Assembly: GCA_964019335.1 (NCBI GenBank)
Contig: OZ025694.1
Span: 62,001-126,000, forward strand
Origin: Diplonema japonicum
Taxonomy: Eukaryota > Protista > Euglenozoa: Diplonemea
Direction: 5' to 3'
Length of the DNA stretch: 64,000 bases
This document shows positions 24,191 to 38,518 of the stretch, one piece after another. A program made the translations under genes and the position numbers. Under the pieces are notes generated by a model. It did not search any database and was not told where the DNA came from. It was given only the letters and a program-made list of their open reading frames with translations. Each line of letters begins with the position of its first letter. Within the stretch, counting starts at the first letter, position 1.

Positions 24191-24513
24191 TGCTATTTTC
24201 TGTCCATTTTCTCTATTCGTTACAAAAAGGAAAAAGAAAATATTTTTTTCTTCCAGCAGTTTGATTTGATGGGGGGGGGGGGGGGGAGATAAAGGTCCAT
24301 TTTTAATTAAATGATGCACATGGTGCCTGCGGTGAAAGCTTGAAAAAAAAGGGGGGGGGGGACTTGCTTTAACTTTAAAGGGGACCATTACGTAAGGTAT
24401 GCGCTGGACTCGAGGAATTGGTAGCTTTTGTAGGTGTCGCAAACCTCAAAATTGCAAAAAGAATATAAATATATTTGCTAAGGGCATTGCTGGAAAATTT
24501 CGACATATCTCTT

Positions 24514-24547
<34 letters not shown>

Positions 24548-24568
24548 GACTATTTACTACGAGGAATG

Positions 24569-24599
<31 letters not shown>

Positions 24600-24877
24600 C
24601 ATGAGTAGTTTAAAGGGGCTGGATGGAGGGTCCTGACCACTGACCTACGGCGGTGTCAGCGGCCACCAGATTCAAAACATGAAGACGAATACCGAAAATC
24701 GCGGAGTAAAAATCAGATTTACTTTGCATTTACTCATCAATGGCAAAGTGATTTCTGGTTTTTATGGTCCTTTAGAAATTTCCTCATGTAACTTTATGGA
24801 ATTAAATAAAAAAAAAAAAAAAAAGAGAGTTGATTCGAAAATCGAACCCAGTGTCAGTACTTTTTTTTTTTTGTGGT

Positions 24878-24916
24878 GGGCAGTTGCTAACCAACTTCGT
24901 TCTTATCATAGTGAAT
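24878..24916 (+). repeat. Solo retroposon 3' tail D (also 41238-41275; terminates LINE fragment at 44862-44905)
   Basis: GGGC(A/C)GTTGCTAAC(C/T)ACTTCGTT.CTATCATAGTGAA at three sites. Confidence 0.65.
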
Positions 24917-25460
24917 TTTCTTTTTTGCGGCCTTTGTACTGTCGCTGATGAATAGCAACCCTGGTGACTCAAATTGTGACGAAATGGGTGTAGAAAAAGG
25001 AGGGGGAGAGGTCCTGTTGCCTCCAGCCAAAAAAGAAGAAATATGAAAACAAAATTCATCCGTACTTCTCATTCTCTGTGTTGCTTCTCTTTCTTTTTAT
25101 TTTTTATTTTATTTTTTAAAAGATCCCCCCCCCCCCCCCCCCCAGTCAGAATTCCTTGTTCTTCGGTATTTTCTTCCTCACAAAACGACCCATTTTTAGC
25201 ATGGGCGGCTTAAAAATAGGAGGGTTTTTTTTTCCCCTCAAAAAGTTTTTCTTTTGCAGGAATTTGCGGTATTAAGTCAAGCACTGTGAGTGACTAAATG
25301 TTGAAAAGGTATTTAATTGGCTGGAAGAAATTCGGCTTAAAAAAAAAAAAATGCCTCCGCAGCTTGACCACCGCTGTCGGCACCTGTCAAAACCATACTT
25401 TGAAAGAGCAGTTTCTTCTTCTTTTATGTGTCTTCCTTTTTTTTTTTTTTTTTTTTTTCT

Positions 25461-25890
25461 TCCCGAACGGAGGTTCTGTCCTATGCAGATGACACGTACC
25501 TTCTGGCAGAGTTGGAGAAGACCTTGCTGGCTGCGGTAAACGGAACTTTGGAGTTCTGCGGACTCACTGGGATGAAGCTTAACCCGGAGAAAACGGTAGC
25601 GTTTGGCACGAAGAAGGACTTCCGGTCAAAAAGAGGGTCAAGTCGCTCACAGCGATCGGAGGCAAGGCTGCAATAGGCTAACAGGAGACCGGTCTTCGCA
25701 TCAAGACAGACAGCGCAAAAGCTACAGGAGTTGAAAGGGACATACAAGAAAGAACGCGTGTCGAGACTACGAAAAGCTTTAAAGGCGACAATAGGAACGA
25801 AGGCTATGCTCCAGAAGGGGAGCATTAATAGATAGGAACTCACACCACAAGAGGCTGTCCTCCAGTGGGATTGTCTTTTACTATGAGTTC
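25461..25890 (+). mobile_element. Internally deleted non-LTR retrotransposon: RT core fragment fused to the 3' end
   Basis: VLSYADDTYLLA...EFCGLTGMKLNPEKT (RT domains 5-6), immediately followed in shifted frames by AIGGKAAIG...RLRKALKATIGTKAMLQKGSINR*, homologous to the end of 6487-7704. Confidence 0.8.
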
Positions 25891-26107
25891 TTCCTTCACT
25901 AGGGCTCTGCAGGGGTCCTCATCCAGAAAGATTTCGAAACTCGAGTTAAATTACGACTCAAAGCAATCCACCCCCCCCCCCCCCCCCCCCACTCACTGTT
26001 TTTAGTTCAGCCCTTTCCGTCCTCATTTTTTCTTTTTTTTTTGTTTGTTTTTTGTTGGTCTGCAACTCACTGGGGGGGAAAAAAAAAGAAGGGAAAAAAA
26101 AAAAAAA

Positions 26108-26749
26108 ATGGCAGGAAGGGACGCAACGGTGCCCCGCACTAGGAAGAGGAAGCCCAACAAGCTTGGCGTAGAGGATGCCGGGAGCAACGATGCATCGGTG
26201 GTGTATCTGCACAGCGACACTATGAATGAACTACAGCTGTTCCGTGGTGACACAGTTGTTATCAAGAGCAAGAGGGGTAAGACCACCGTCTGCATAGTGC
26301 TGCAGGGCGAGACTGTCGACAAGGTAGAACCGGGCAACATCAAAATGCACGAGACAGCAAGGAAGAATGTGGGTGTGAGGCTTGGTAGCATGATCTTCCT
26401 GCACCCCTGCAACGAGATCGAGTACGGAAGCCGCATTCGCGTTCTTCCCATCGACAACACTGAGGATCTCACAGAGATTGATATTTTTGATCGCTTCCTG
26501 AAGCCGTACTTTGAAGAGGCGTACAGGCCCGTCAGGAAGAATGATTCTTTCGTCGTGAAGGGTGCCACGCGTGCCATCGAGTTCAAGGTGGTCGAGACGC
26601 ACCCTGGCGAGTACTGCATTGTGGCCCCCGATACGGTCATCGACTGCAAAGAACAGGCCTCTTCTCCTGTGGTGTGGATTCCCTTTGTCGGGTCCTTTTT
26701 CCTTTTCTATATTCTTCTCGCATTGATGAGTCGGCACACTTTTTTTTAA
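26108..26749 (+). CDS. Intronless CDC48/p97 N-domain-only paralog with hydrophobic C-terminal tail
   Basis: Aligns to CDC48 from MAG to [13 protein letters not shown], then diverges into VVWIPFVGSFFLFYILLALMSRHTFF*. ORF is uninterrupted. Confidence 0.75.
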   Translation: MAGRDATVPRTRKRKPNKLGVEDAGSNDASVVYLHSDTMNELQLFRGDTVVIKSKRGKTTVCIVLQGETVDKVEPGNIKMHETARKNVGVRLGSMIFLHPCNEIEYGSRIRVLPIDNTEDLTEIDIFDRFLKPYFEEAYRPVRKNDSFVVKGATRAIEFKVVETHPGEYCIVAPDTVIDCKEQASSPVVWIPFVGSFFLFYILLALMSRHTFF

Positions 26750-26912
26750 CGGAGACTAAGCTATGCTTACCTTAGAAGAGTTTTTTTTTTTTGTCCACCC
26801 ACCACCTTTATTTCTATCTCAGGTGATATTTCTTTTTTGATTTTCTTTTTTCCTTTTTTTTCCAAAAGCTTATCTATCTCAGAAACTTGTTGTTTTACTG
26901 TTCAAAAGAAAA

Positions 26913-29545
<2,633 letters not shown>

Positions 29546-29629
29546 ACAAAAAAAGTCGGTTTTTCTTTTCTTTTTTTTTCCCTTTTTTTTTCTTAGAAAA
29601 GTTTTTTACCCCACTACTTTTGTCCGGAC

Positions 29630-29671
<42 letters not shown>

Positions 29672-30549
29672 CAGAGAGTGATTTTTTTTTAGTTGTGTGA
29701 TTTTTTTTTTTCTTTTTTCAAAAAAAAAGTTGGAAAAAAAAAAAAAAAAAAAGCCCTATCCTTTTACATGCCCTTTTTTTTTCAGATCCAGTGGAAGAAG
29801 AAGAAAAAAAAAAAAAAAAAACAGAAAAAAAAAGAAGAAAAAAAGAAAATACATTGCACACTCTTTACTCTTTTTGCCAACTCCGGTAATTGACATACCA
29901 TTATTTCCCCCCCCCTTTCTCCCCCCTTCCTCTCTCGTTTCCTCTTTAGCCTTACTTTTTTCACTTGTTTCCTCTCCCCCTTTTCTTTTAAATCTTAGAG
30001 TTACGTAAAACACGCATTAAAAAGAAAAAGGTACTTATAACAGTGTTTCGGCCTCTCCTCTGAGGGCGGTATTTCTCTTTTTAGGGGAGGGGGGCATTAT
30101 TTGGGTGGGCAGCACATAAAATAATATGTTAGAGAAAAAAAAAATATGAAAAAAAAAAAAAAATTGAGAGTTAAATCCCCATCTGTGGTGGTCACCCCCC
30201 TGTTCCCCCCTCATGGGAAGGGTTAGGGGGAAAAAAAAGATTTTCCATTTTTAAATATTTCGCCCGCTGCTTTCTGACCCCTTTTTTTTTTTTAAACCTT
30301 TTCCCCACCATCCCCCCCTTTTCCCCTTTCTTTTTTTTTATTTTTATTTTCGTCCCTTCTTTTTTTTTTTTTTTTTTTATCCCTCCTCTCTTTTCTGGCC
30401 CTTAGACAGCCATGGAAAGCGAGAAGGGAGGGAAAAAAAAAATTTATTTCTATCCGCCCCTCTTTTTTCCCCACCCCTTTTTTTTTTCCTCTTTTTTTTT
30501 CCCCCCCCAGCGGTTTTCACAATACCTCTTAGAAGGAGAAAAAAAAGAA

Positions 30550-31149
30550 ATGCAAAGCAACTCAGCCAAATCGGCAGCTCGAGCAGCTATTGCGAGACGT
30601 GGGATAAGCTACGCGTTAGGAGACAGAAGGCCCATCAGGGAAGAGGAAACGTGGGTGGCACCGAATGCGGCGGTGATAGGCACAGTGACAATGAAGAAGG
30701 GAAGCAGCGTTTGGTTCAATGCTACAGTGAGAGGCGACGTGGAACAAATCACGATCGGTGAAGGCACCAATGTACAGGACGGTGCAGTAATCCACGCTGA
30801 TAAGGGCTCCCCCACCACACTGGGCAAGAACGTAACTGTAGGCCACATGGCCATGCTCCACGGGTGCACCATCGGTGACAACACTCTTGTGGGCATTGGG
30901 GCCGTTGTCTTGAACCGTGCAAACATCGGGGAGAACTGCCTTATTGGTGCGAATGCATTTATCCCCGAAGGTAAGACCTTCCCCCCAAACAGCCTCATCC
31001 TCGGCTCACCCGCCAAGGCCGTCAAAGAGATATCCGAAAAGCAGCGCATGGTCCTGAAGTACTCAGCGCCCCATTACGTGAACAACGCAAGGAGGTTCGC
31101 CACCGATCTGCAGCCTATTAATGAAAACGGTGAGGATGTTAAGCAGTGA
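30550..31149 (+). CDS. Gamma-class carbonic anhydrase family (YrdA-like left-handed beta-helix) with Arg/Ala-rich presequence
   Basis: Hexapeptide repeats, [20 protein letters not shown] and [12 protein letters not shown] (three Zn-ligand His). Confidence 0.92.
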   Translation: MQSNSAKSAARAAIARRGISYALGDRRPIREEETWVAPNAAVIGTVTMKKGSSVWFNATVRGDVEQITIGEGTNVQDGAVIHADKGSPTTLGKNVTVGHMAMLHGCTIGDNTLVGIGAVVLNRANIGENCLIGANAFIPEGKTFPPNSLILGSPAKAVKEISEKQRMVLKYSAPHYVNNARRFATDLQPINENGEDVKQ

Positions 31150-31510
31150 GACGGGAGGCTCCACGTTTGGCCATACACCTTTCTTTTTTTTTTTTTTTTC
31201 TTTTTTTTTTTTTTTTCTTTCGAGGAAACAAACTCGAAGAAGAGGAAAAAAAGAAGAGACGCATCCCTTTACAAACGTGACAGTGTCCCCCCCTTTTTTT
31301 ATAACTTTTTTTAAGTGCTCTGCATTGCAAAAAAAAAAAAAAAAAAAAATACACAGGATTGGGAGGGCGAGAGGCAAAAGGAAAAGCCGGGGAGAGGGGG
31401 GGTAAAAAGGGAGAGGGGGGGAGGGGGTTTTCCCCTCCCTCCCCCCTCCCTGCCCTCCCCCCTTCCCTCCTGCACGCCGCCCTTCTTCTTCCCCAAAAAA
31501 AAAGAACCAA

Positions 31511-33523
31511 ATGTCGAAACAAGACATGCCTTTCGAAGAAAAGTACAGACAGGTGTGTGCCACAAATAACATAAGGCCTGCTGATTCGGTGCTCCATAGA
31601 ACAGGAGGTGAGATGTGTTTAGATTTGAACGAGCTCACCAATGTTTCAGCCGAGGCTGTGGCAAAAGCATTTAAAGAGACAAAAGAGCACGAATGTCGTT
31701 CTGTGAGGGTAGTACGCGGTACAGTGAAACGCCGAAATCTAGCGAAGCAGGGCAGGGACGTGTTGCCAAAAATGCTGGAGTCGATGCTGTGCGTGTGGAA
31801 GGCTGTTCATTTGGAGAAGCTTTTTTTCGAGAAAGTCGCGCTTTCAAAGATATCAAAAATCTTGAAAAATATCTTGTCGCACACTACCAGACTCCGCACC
31901 CTCTCCTTCAAGGACTGCACAATGGGCGACCTCTGCTTCATGGAAATCGCCCCGTCTCTCAAAAAAATCCTATCTATCACCGCACTGGACCTCTCGGGCA
32001 ATAACATTACTGACAAATCTGCGGAACACATCAAGGCCATCGTTGTGAAACACAAGGAAAACCGAGAAATGACAGCTTTTCACGCATGTTTACGAACAGA
32101 AGGCCCTCCCAAGATTCGGAAGGGCTTTGGGCTAGAGCATCTTGACCTATCGCGGAATGAGTTTGGCCATAAGATATGCAAGGATTTGGCTTGCGCGCTG
32201 CACTCAGATCTGTGGGTGTCCTCTCTCGATCTCTCTTGTAACAAAATAGAGAAATCTGGAATGCTTGTTTTGAACAAACTCGTTCACCGGTCAGAGGCCT
32301 TGTCCCATGTAAATCTGTCGCACAACCCGTGCACGCAAGACGTTTCGTCATGTGAAAACCTTCTCTTCTACTCTTGCTCCCCGCAGGGATGCGTTTACTC
32401 CGCTCTCGTTCCGGCGCAGCTTCCTGTTGATGTTCCGGCGCAGCTTCCTGTTGATGCGACAGAGAGCTTCCCCAGTGCGGTTGCCGTTAAGGAAGGAAGC
32501 TCCAGCAACACGAGTTGCAGCAGCATCCAGAAGACCGACCTCCTTTGCCTCATTGACAAAATAAGAGGAATGACCGATGAGGAACAACAGTCCTTTGCGG
32601 CGGTATGTTTTATTTATTTTTTTCTTTTTTGGAAAGAAAAAAAAAAAAAAAATCAGGGAATTGAAGCCGGCCCTCCTGAACTGCTTATGACGGATGTACT
32701 CTGCCTTCAATTGCAAGCCCCGTACGAGGATTGTGAAAAGGAAGCAGGTTCGCGGCAGAAGGATGATGGGCATGGGCAGCAAGGGAAATCCAATGCTGCC
32801 ACGAGCACTTCGCCAACCGGACAGGCTGCTCTGATGTACGGTGGCGCACAGTACCCTTATTTTGGGTACCATCACCATCATCACCATCATCATCACCACC
32901 AGCAGCAGATAGTGAAAATAAATCAATGTAAGCCACCTTTGGTGACGGATGCAAAACAGAGAGCGGATCAGGAAAATATCATGAAACGGGCGGCCACCCG
33001 ACTGGAGGAAAGAGAGGAGACAATCCTGTGCAAGAAAGAAACAAACGGGAGCAAGGAAGCCATGATGCTTGCAGTCCTACATGAGGAGAACATGATGCAG
33101 CAAACTGTAGCACAAGCGGTTGCTGGGAAGATAGATAAGATGTACGAGGTTTGTATCGTGGCGTGGGGAAAAAAAAAAAAAATAATAATAATAATAATAA
33201 TAACAACCTACATCAGTTAATGGTAGCAAACGGTGGTGGTGGTGGTGGTGGAGGTGGAGCCCAGCCCCGGGCCCGTGGGGAGATCATTAAAAAAGCTGCA
33301 AATCACGTGAATCGGCAGCCTTCTGATGGCCGAACAGCTTCCCCTCCCCCTCTTCGAGCCGGTTCGGGTGCCCCCAATGATGCCCCCTCGGAAACAGATA
33401 CCGACCCTGCTGACATGGGCGCTGTTCGTGAATGGCTCTTCACAGTATGCACGAAAAAAAAAAGGGGGTAAAAGAAAAAAAAAAATTTTTTTTTTCAAAC
33501 AGAAATATGATTACTATTCATAA
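31511..33523 (+). CDS. CEP78: CEP78-like leucine-rich-repeat centrosomal protein; introns 32603-32656, 33149-33216, 33445-33502
   Basis: RI-type LRRs. The segment FHACLR...GLEHLDL...LHSDLWVSSLDL...NLSHNP parallels the CEP78 W..SLR...GL....L..DLWL..LDL signature. GT-AG introns remove low-complexity runs. Confidence 0.65.
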
Positions 33524-33658
33524 TATTGGGGGGAGGGGGTTTTAAAAAAAAGAAAAGAAAAGAAAAAGTATTTTTTTTTATTTTTCTCTCTGTCCCCCTT
33601 TTTTTTTTTCCTCGTTTTTTTTCCCCCCTACGAATATGGATCCCCTGAAACCATGAAA

Positions 33659-33689
<31 letters not shown>

Positions 33690-34092
33690 CACAGTACAAA
33701 AAAAAAAGAGGGAAAATAAAGGGAAAAAAAAAAAAAGTTAGTTAGATCTGTTGGGGAGGCTTTTTAGAACAAAAAAAAAAAGAAAATCAGGATTTTGTAC
33801 CTGTGCACAAACAAAATGCCAAATGCGAAGGAAGGTTTATTTGTTAGATATAACGCCTTCCTCATTCAAGCAAAGGGGGGGGAGAAAAAGAAAAAGAAGA
33901 AAAAAAAAAAGAAAACACTACTCATGGATCACTTTGCAGTACCTCGTTTTTTTCCCTCTTTTTCTTTTTTTTTTTCTTTCTTTTTTTTCCCGGGTTGTCG
34001 CTAATACTTCCCCTCATGATTCTTTTTTATCCCCCCTCTTTCCTCTTCCCCTCTCCTGTGCAATGAGTTAAGTTTAGTGTGAACAAGCCGTA

Positions 34093-34123
<31 letters not shown>

Positions 34124-34652
34124 TTTGCCCATATGGTCAGTTGATTTGCATGTGTCCCTGAACTCTTTTGGAGCTCCAGGTACAAGAAAAAAACAGCTTC
34201 GGGATGCGTAAGGGCTTTGATAGTCTTTGGTGAATGGAGTCCATTTGAGGAATGTTGACTTTTCTTTTTTTTTTTGGGGGGGACAACCATAGGATAGCTG
34301 ACCATATATTGAATAAAGAAGAAACGAAGAGAAAAAAAAAAATAATAATTAAGGAAAAAGTGACCTTTTTTGTAGCAGTACCTGCAACGGGATTTCTAAG
34401 AAGAAAAAAAAAAAGAATAGGGGAGAAATGGTGTTTCCCCTCTCCTTCAACCCCCCCCCCCCCCCCCCCCCCCACATGTATTACCCGCACTGCCCTTACG
34501 CCCCCATTTCCCACTCCCTTCTCCCCTAAATCTTTTCCCCTCCCCATGTTCTTTTTTTTTAAAAGTTTTTTAATTCCCCCCCCCTTGTCTTGGAACAAAA
34601 AAAACAAGACAAAACAAAACAGGAGAAAAAGAAAAAATAAAAAGAAAAAAAG

Positions 34653-35885
34653 ATGGTCAAAGCCCTTTTCATCACCGGCAACGGAGGCTACGACAAGCTA
34701 GCCTGGAAGGACGCCCCGCCTCTAGGTGAAGTCGGCCCCAACGACGTAGTGGTTGAAGTAGAGTGCGTGGGTTTGAACTTCGCCGAAATCATGATGAGGC
34801 AGGGCCTCTACGACCTTGCCCCAAAAGCCCCTTTCGTGCCAGGGTACGAGGGCGCGGGCTACGTCACAGAGGTCGGAACCAACGTGACAAGCCTTGCAGT
34901 TGGTGACAAGGCCGTCTACATGATCCCCTTTGGAGCTTGGCAGGACACCGTGAAGATCGACAAGGAAAGAGTGTGGAAGATGCCGGACAACCTGACCTTC
35001 GAAGAAGCTGCTGCGCTTCCCGTGAACTACCTCACCGCGTACCAGCTCATCCATGACATGGGCGGCCTGCGGGAGGGATCCACTGTTCTATGCCACGCCG
35101 CAGCAGGCGGTGTTGGCACTGCAGTGGGTCAAATCTGCAAGCTCACCCCCGACACAAAGCTTGTCGGCACAGCTTCAAAGGGCAAACACGACTTCTGCAA
35201 AGAGAACGGGTACGGCGACCTCATCGCAAACTACAGAGACGGTGCTGCTTGGGATGCGGAGGCTAAAAAGATTGCACCTGAAGGATATGACCTTGTGCTT
35301 GACTCCCTTGGCGGCAACGACACCGGCAAGGCTGCCAACATCTGCAGGCCATTTGGCCGTGTCGTTAACTTCGGTATCTCCAAGGCCCTCACCGGTGAGA
35401 CCGCTAGCTTACCCAAGCTTGCATACCGGGTCCTATGGGGTACCAACAAGTTCACCGGCCGTGAGCTCATGCCTAAGAACATCGGCATTCTGGGTTACCA
35501 CGCTGGCTACCTCTCCACCGGCGACGAGAAGACCCTTCGCCGTGTGTCCTCCACTATGGAGCTCCTCCTCAAGCTTGTATCGGAGGGCAAGCTGAAGCCT
35601 GTTGTGGACACGGTCTTCCCCATTGCGAAGATGGCAGCAGCGCAGAAGTATATGACAGAAGGGAAGAACAAGGCAAAGATTGTCCTTTCCATCAAGGAGA
35701 AAAAGGAAGAGGTGAAAGAAGAAGTCAAAGAGGAAGTCAAGGAAGAGGTGAAAGAAGAAGTCAAGGAGGAGGAAGTCAAAGAAGATGTGAAGGAAGAAGT
35801 CAAGGAGGAAGTCAAGGTAGAAGAGACAGAAGAGGTGAAGGAAGAAGTCAAGGAAGAGGTTAAGGAGGAGGAGAAGGAAGAATAA
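34653..35885 (+). CDS. VAT1: VAT-1-like NADPH quinone oxidoreductase (MDR family) with EEVK-repeat tail
   Basis: GLNFAEIMMRQGLY, PFVPGYEGAG, EEAAALPVNYLTAY, VLCHAAAGGVGTA and GYDLVLDSLGG. Confidence 0.88.
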   Translation: MVKALFITGNGGYDKLAWKDAPPLGEVGPNDVVVEVECVGLNFAEIMMRQGLYDLAPKAPFVPGYEGAGYVTEVGTNVTSLAVGDKAVYMIPFGAWQDTVKIDKERVWKMPDNLTFEEAAALPVNYLTAYQLIHDMGGLREGSTVLCHAAAGGVGTAVGQICKLTPDTKLVGTASKGKHDFCKENGYGDLIANYRDGAAWDAEAKKIAPEGYDLVLDSLGGNDTGKAANICRPFGRVVNFGISKALTGETASLPKLAYRVLWGTNKFTGRELMPKNIGILGYHAGYLSTGDEKTLRRVSSTMELLLKLVSEGKLKPVVDTVFPIAKMAAAQKYMTEGKNKAKIVLSIKEKKEEVKEEVKEEVKEEVKEEVKEEEVKEDVKEEVKEEVKVEETEEVKEEVKEEVKEEEKEE

Positions 35886-35950
35886 ACACACGTTTTTTTT
35901 TTTTTTTTTTTTTTTGCGAAATTAAAGAAAAAAAAGAAAAGAAAAGAAGG

Positions 35951-35987
<37 letters not shown>

Positions 35988-36058
35988 GCTCCCGACTTGG
36001 CGGGGTTCTTTGCTAACACCTTACCCCCAACATGATGACTTTCTTTACTTTTCTCCCT

Positions 36059-36097
<39 letters not shown>

Positions 36098-36546
36098 CTT
36101 TTTCCCTTTGCCCCAAACTGCGACGAAGTTCAGGAACGTACCCACCGGACAGAAGAGGACGGAAGGGCCTTTCCTGTAAATGGGCTCTGTGAATGGACCG
36201 TGCAATCTTTTGAGGCCTGAGCAGGGTCCGATGACAAAGCAGGTGAGTGCACCAACATGCAACCCTGTTACGTTGGCTTTTTTATTTGGTGGTTGTTGCT
36301 TACATTCCCCCCCTATAAAAGGGAGTTTCTTTTTACTTTTTTTAAGACGGTTTCTTTTAAAACAATTACAAAAAAAAAAAAAAAAAACAAAAAAAAACAA
36401 AAAAAAGCCTTGCCTTCTCGAACAATGAAGCTGCAACATATAAAAAAAAAAAAAAATGATCACAAACAGAGCTCACGGCGGAAGAGGTGCAAAAGGCGAT
36501 TATTCGTTTTTTTTTTTCCCCTTTTTTTTCTTTCACATTCTTTCAG

Positions 36547-36868
36547 GTGGTGGGGATAACATGAAAATATAAGAAAAACATCAGATGTGTTGTTCGCTGT
36601 TGACCTCCTCGTCGGTCATCACCGGTAGCGCCCGAGTGGAAGAACGTAACGCAGATGCTCAGGGTGACGAACAGGCAGCAAACTGCACGAGCGCAGAATC
36701 TTGGTTACCCGGGACGTCCCGGCTGGGGTTGAGCTGTACACCGCACGCATTAAGGACACGACGCGGAACGCAGAAGAAGCTACAACTCGGCCGCGGTGCG
36801 CCCCCTGTAATCAAGTAGACAGTTCTGTGCAGGGCGCCGCCAACACCGGCCTCCTTTAACTCATATAT
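36547..36868 (+). mobile_element. SINE-like retroposon copy 4 (77-aa ORF 36585-36818, tail B)
   Basis: Same body, preceded by CTTTCAG. Ends CTCCTTTAACTCATATAT. Confidence 0.85.
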
Positions 36869-37078
36869 ATATTCTTTATTATTACAGGGGGGGGGGGGGG
36901 GGAGAATCTAAACGTTAATTAACTTTCGGGGTTTTTTTCCTTTCGGTCTTACCCCCCCCCATTTTTCTTCATTTATAACTACGCCCCGCCCCACCCTCAC
37001 TTCTTGTCGCCGCATCTCTTTTTTGTTTTCCTTCCACAACTACATCGCAGACACAACACATCCACCCACACCACACCA

Positions 37079-38080
37079 ATGCTTGGGCTCTTCAAGGGAT
37101 CGCCTACAGCCTCGCCTCCGGCGCCCTTCACCCTGCTTGTGATCCAGGCGGACGCGTACAACTGGCCCGAGCTGTTCGAAGGTGTGAAGGTGAAGGGCCG
37201 TGAGGTGAAGGTGGTGCAGACTGGGTTCGACAAGATCTCTGTGGGGCCTGCGGAGAACTACTCACCAGAGAAGGCGCGCCGCCTGTGCGTGCATGTGCAC
37301 GAGACGACGGAGCGAGACGCGAACGGGGACAAGGCGGGGACGAAGAAGCGGCAGACGATCTTCCCGGACATGCTGCTGGTGCGGAACTGCGTGTGGACGC
37401 ACGCGGAGGACCACAAGAACACCCTGTACGCGTTTATGTACTGCAACGTGCCGTGCGTGAACAGCTTGGAGTCGATCTACATGAGCTTGGAGCGCCCTGT
37501 GGTGATGGGGATGCTAAACAGGATACGGACGGAGCAGGGAAGGGAGGCCTTCCCCGTGATTGACCAGGCCTTCACCCCTGGCTACAGGGAGATGATGTAT
37601 CCGTTGGGGTTCCCGGCGGTGGTGAAGGTGGGGGCGGCGCACGCGGGCTTCGGGAAGATGAGAATAAAGGACCACCACGACATGCACGACTTCAAGAGCG
37701 TGCTGGCGCTGTCGGGGGGCAAGTACTGCTCGATGGAGCCGTTCGTGGAGGGGGCACGCGACCTGCGCATCCAGTGCATCGGGGAGGACGTGAAGGCCTT
37801 CGGGAGGCGAGACGTGTCTGGCGAGTGGAAGACCAACACAGGGACCAGCCTCTGCGAGCAGATCGAAGTCACACCCGTCTTCCGGCAGTGGGTGGAGTGG
37901 GTGCGGCCCTTCTTCGGCGGCCCTTCCATCTTCACCATCGACGCTATCGAGAAGCCCGACGGCAGCCACGTCATCCTCGAGGTCAACGACACCTCCTCGG
38001 GGCTCTTCCCAGACACGGCACAGGAGGACAACATCCTCATCAGGGGCCTCGTCACCAGGAAGATGGAAGAGGTTTTGTGA
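37079..38080 (+). CDS. SYN: Synapsin (C-domain, ATP-grasp)
   Basis: PDMLLVRN, VPCVNSLESIY, FPVIDQAF, FPAVVKVGAAHAGFGKMRI, EPFVEGARDLRIQCIG, VSGEWKTNTG and ILEVND, co-linear with animal synapsin C-domain motifs. Confidence 0.88.
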   Translation: MLGLFKGSPTASPPAPFTLLVIQADAYNWPELFEGVKVKGREVKVVQTGFDKISVGPAENYSPEKARRLCVHVHETTERDANGDKAGTKKRQTIFPDMLLVRNCVWTHAEDHKNTLYAFMYCNVPCVNSLESIYMSLERPVVMGMLNRIRTEQGREAFPVIDQAFTPGYREMMYPLGFPAVVKVGAAHAGFGKMRIKDHHDMHDFKSVLALSGGKYCSMEPFVEGARDLRIQCIGEDVKAFGRRDVSGEWKTNTGTSLCEQIEVTPVFRQWVEWVRPFFGGPSIFTIDAIEKPDGSHVILEVNDTSSGLFPDTAQEDNILIRGLVTRKMEEVL

Positions 38081-38518
38081 AGAGAATGATTATAACTGCT
38101 CCCCCCCCCCCCCCCCCCCAGAGAAGGTGCAAAAAAAAGAAGAGAAAAAAATGAGAGAGATGAGAGGAAAAAGAAAAATGTAGAATACAAAAAAAACAAA
38201 GAAAAAAACGGATGGAAATATTGTGTTGTTTGCATTTCTAGCTCTTTTTTTCCCCCCGCTTCTCCCCCTGCCCAGATGCCATGAGAGCAGGTATCTAGGT
38301 GTTTTCTTTCTTTTTTTTTTCCCTTTAAAATTCCTTTCCCTTAGTCTTCCTTCTATCCTTAGTAAAGAATTATTTTTGTGCTTTTTCATTTCTTCCAGCC
38401 ACACATCGCAGCCATAGCCATGTTATAGTACTTCTTTTGTATTTAACAAGTACTGCTCAGTTTCTTGTAAGATACTAAAAAAGACTCATGCTGAGCACCA
38501 CTCTTTCTCACGCTGTTA

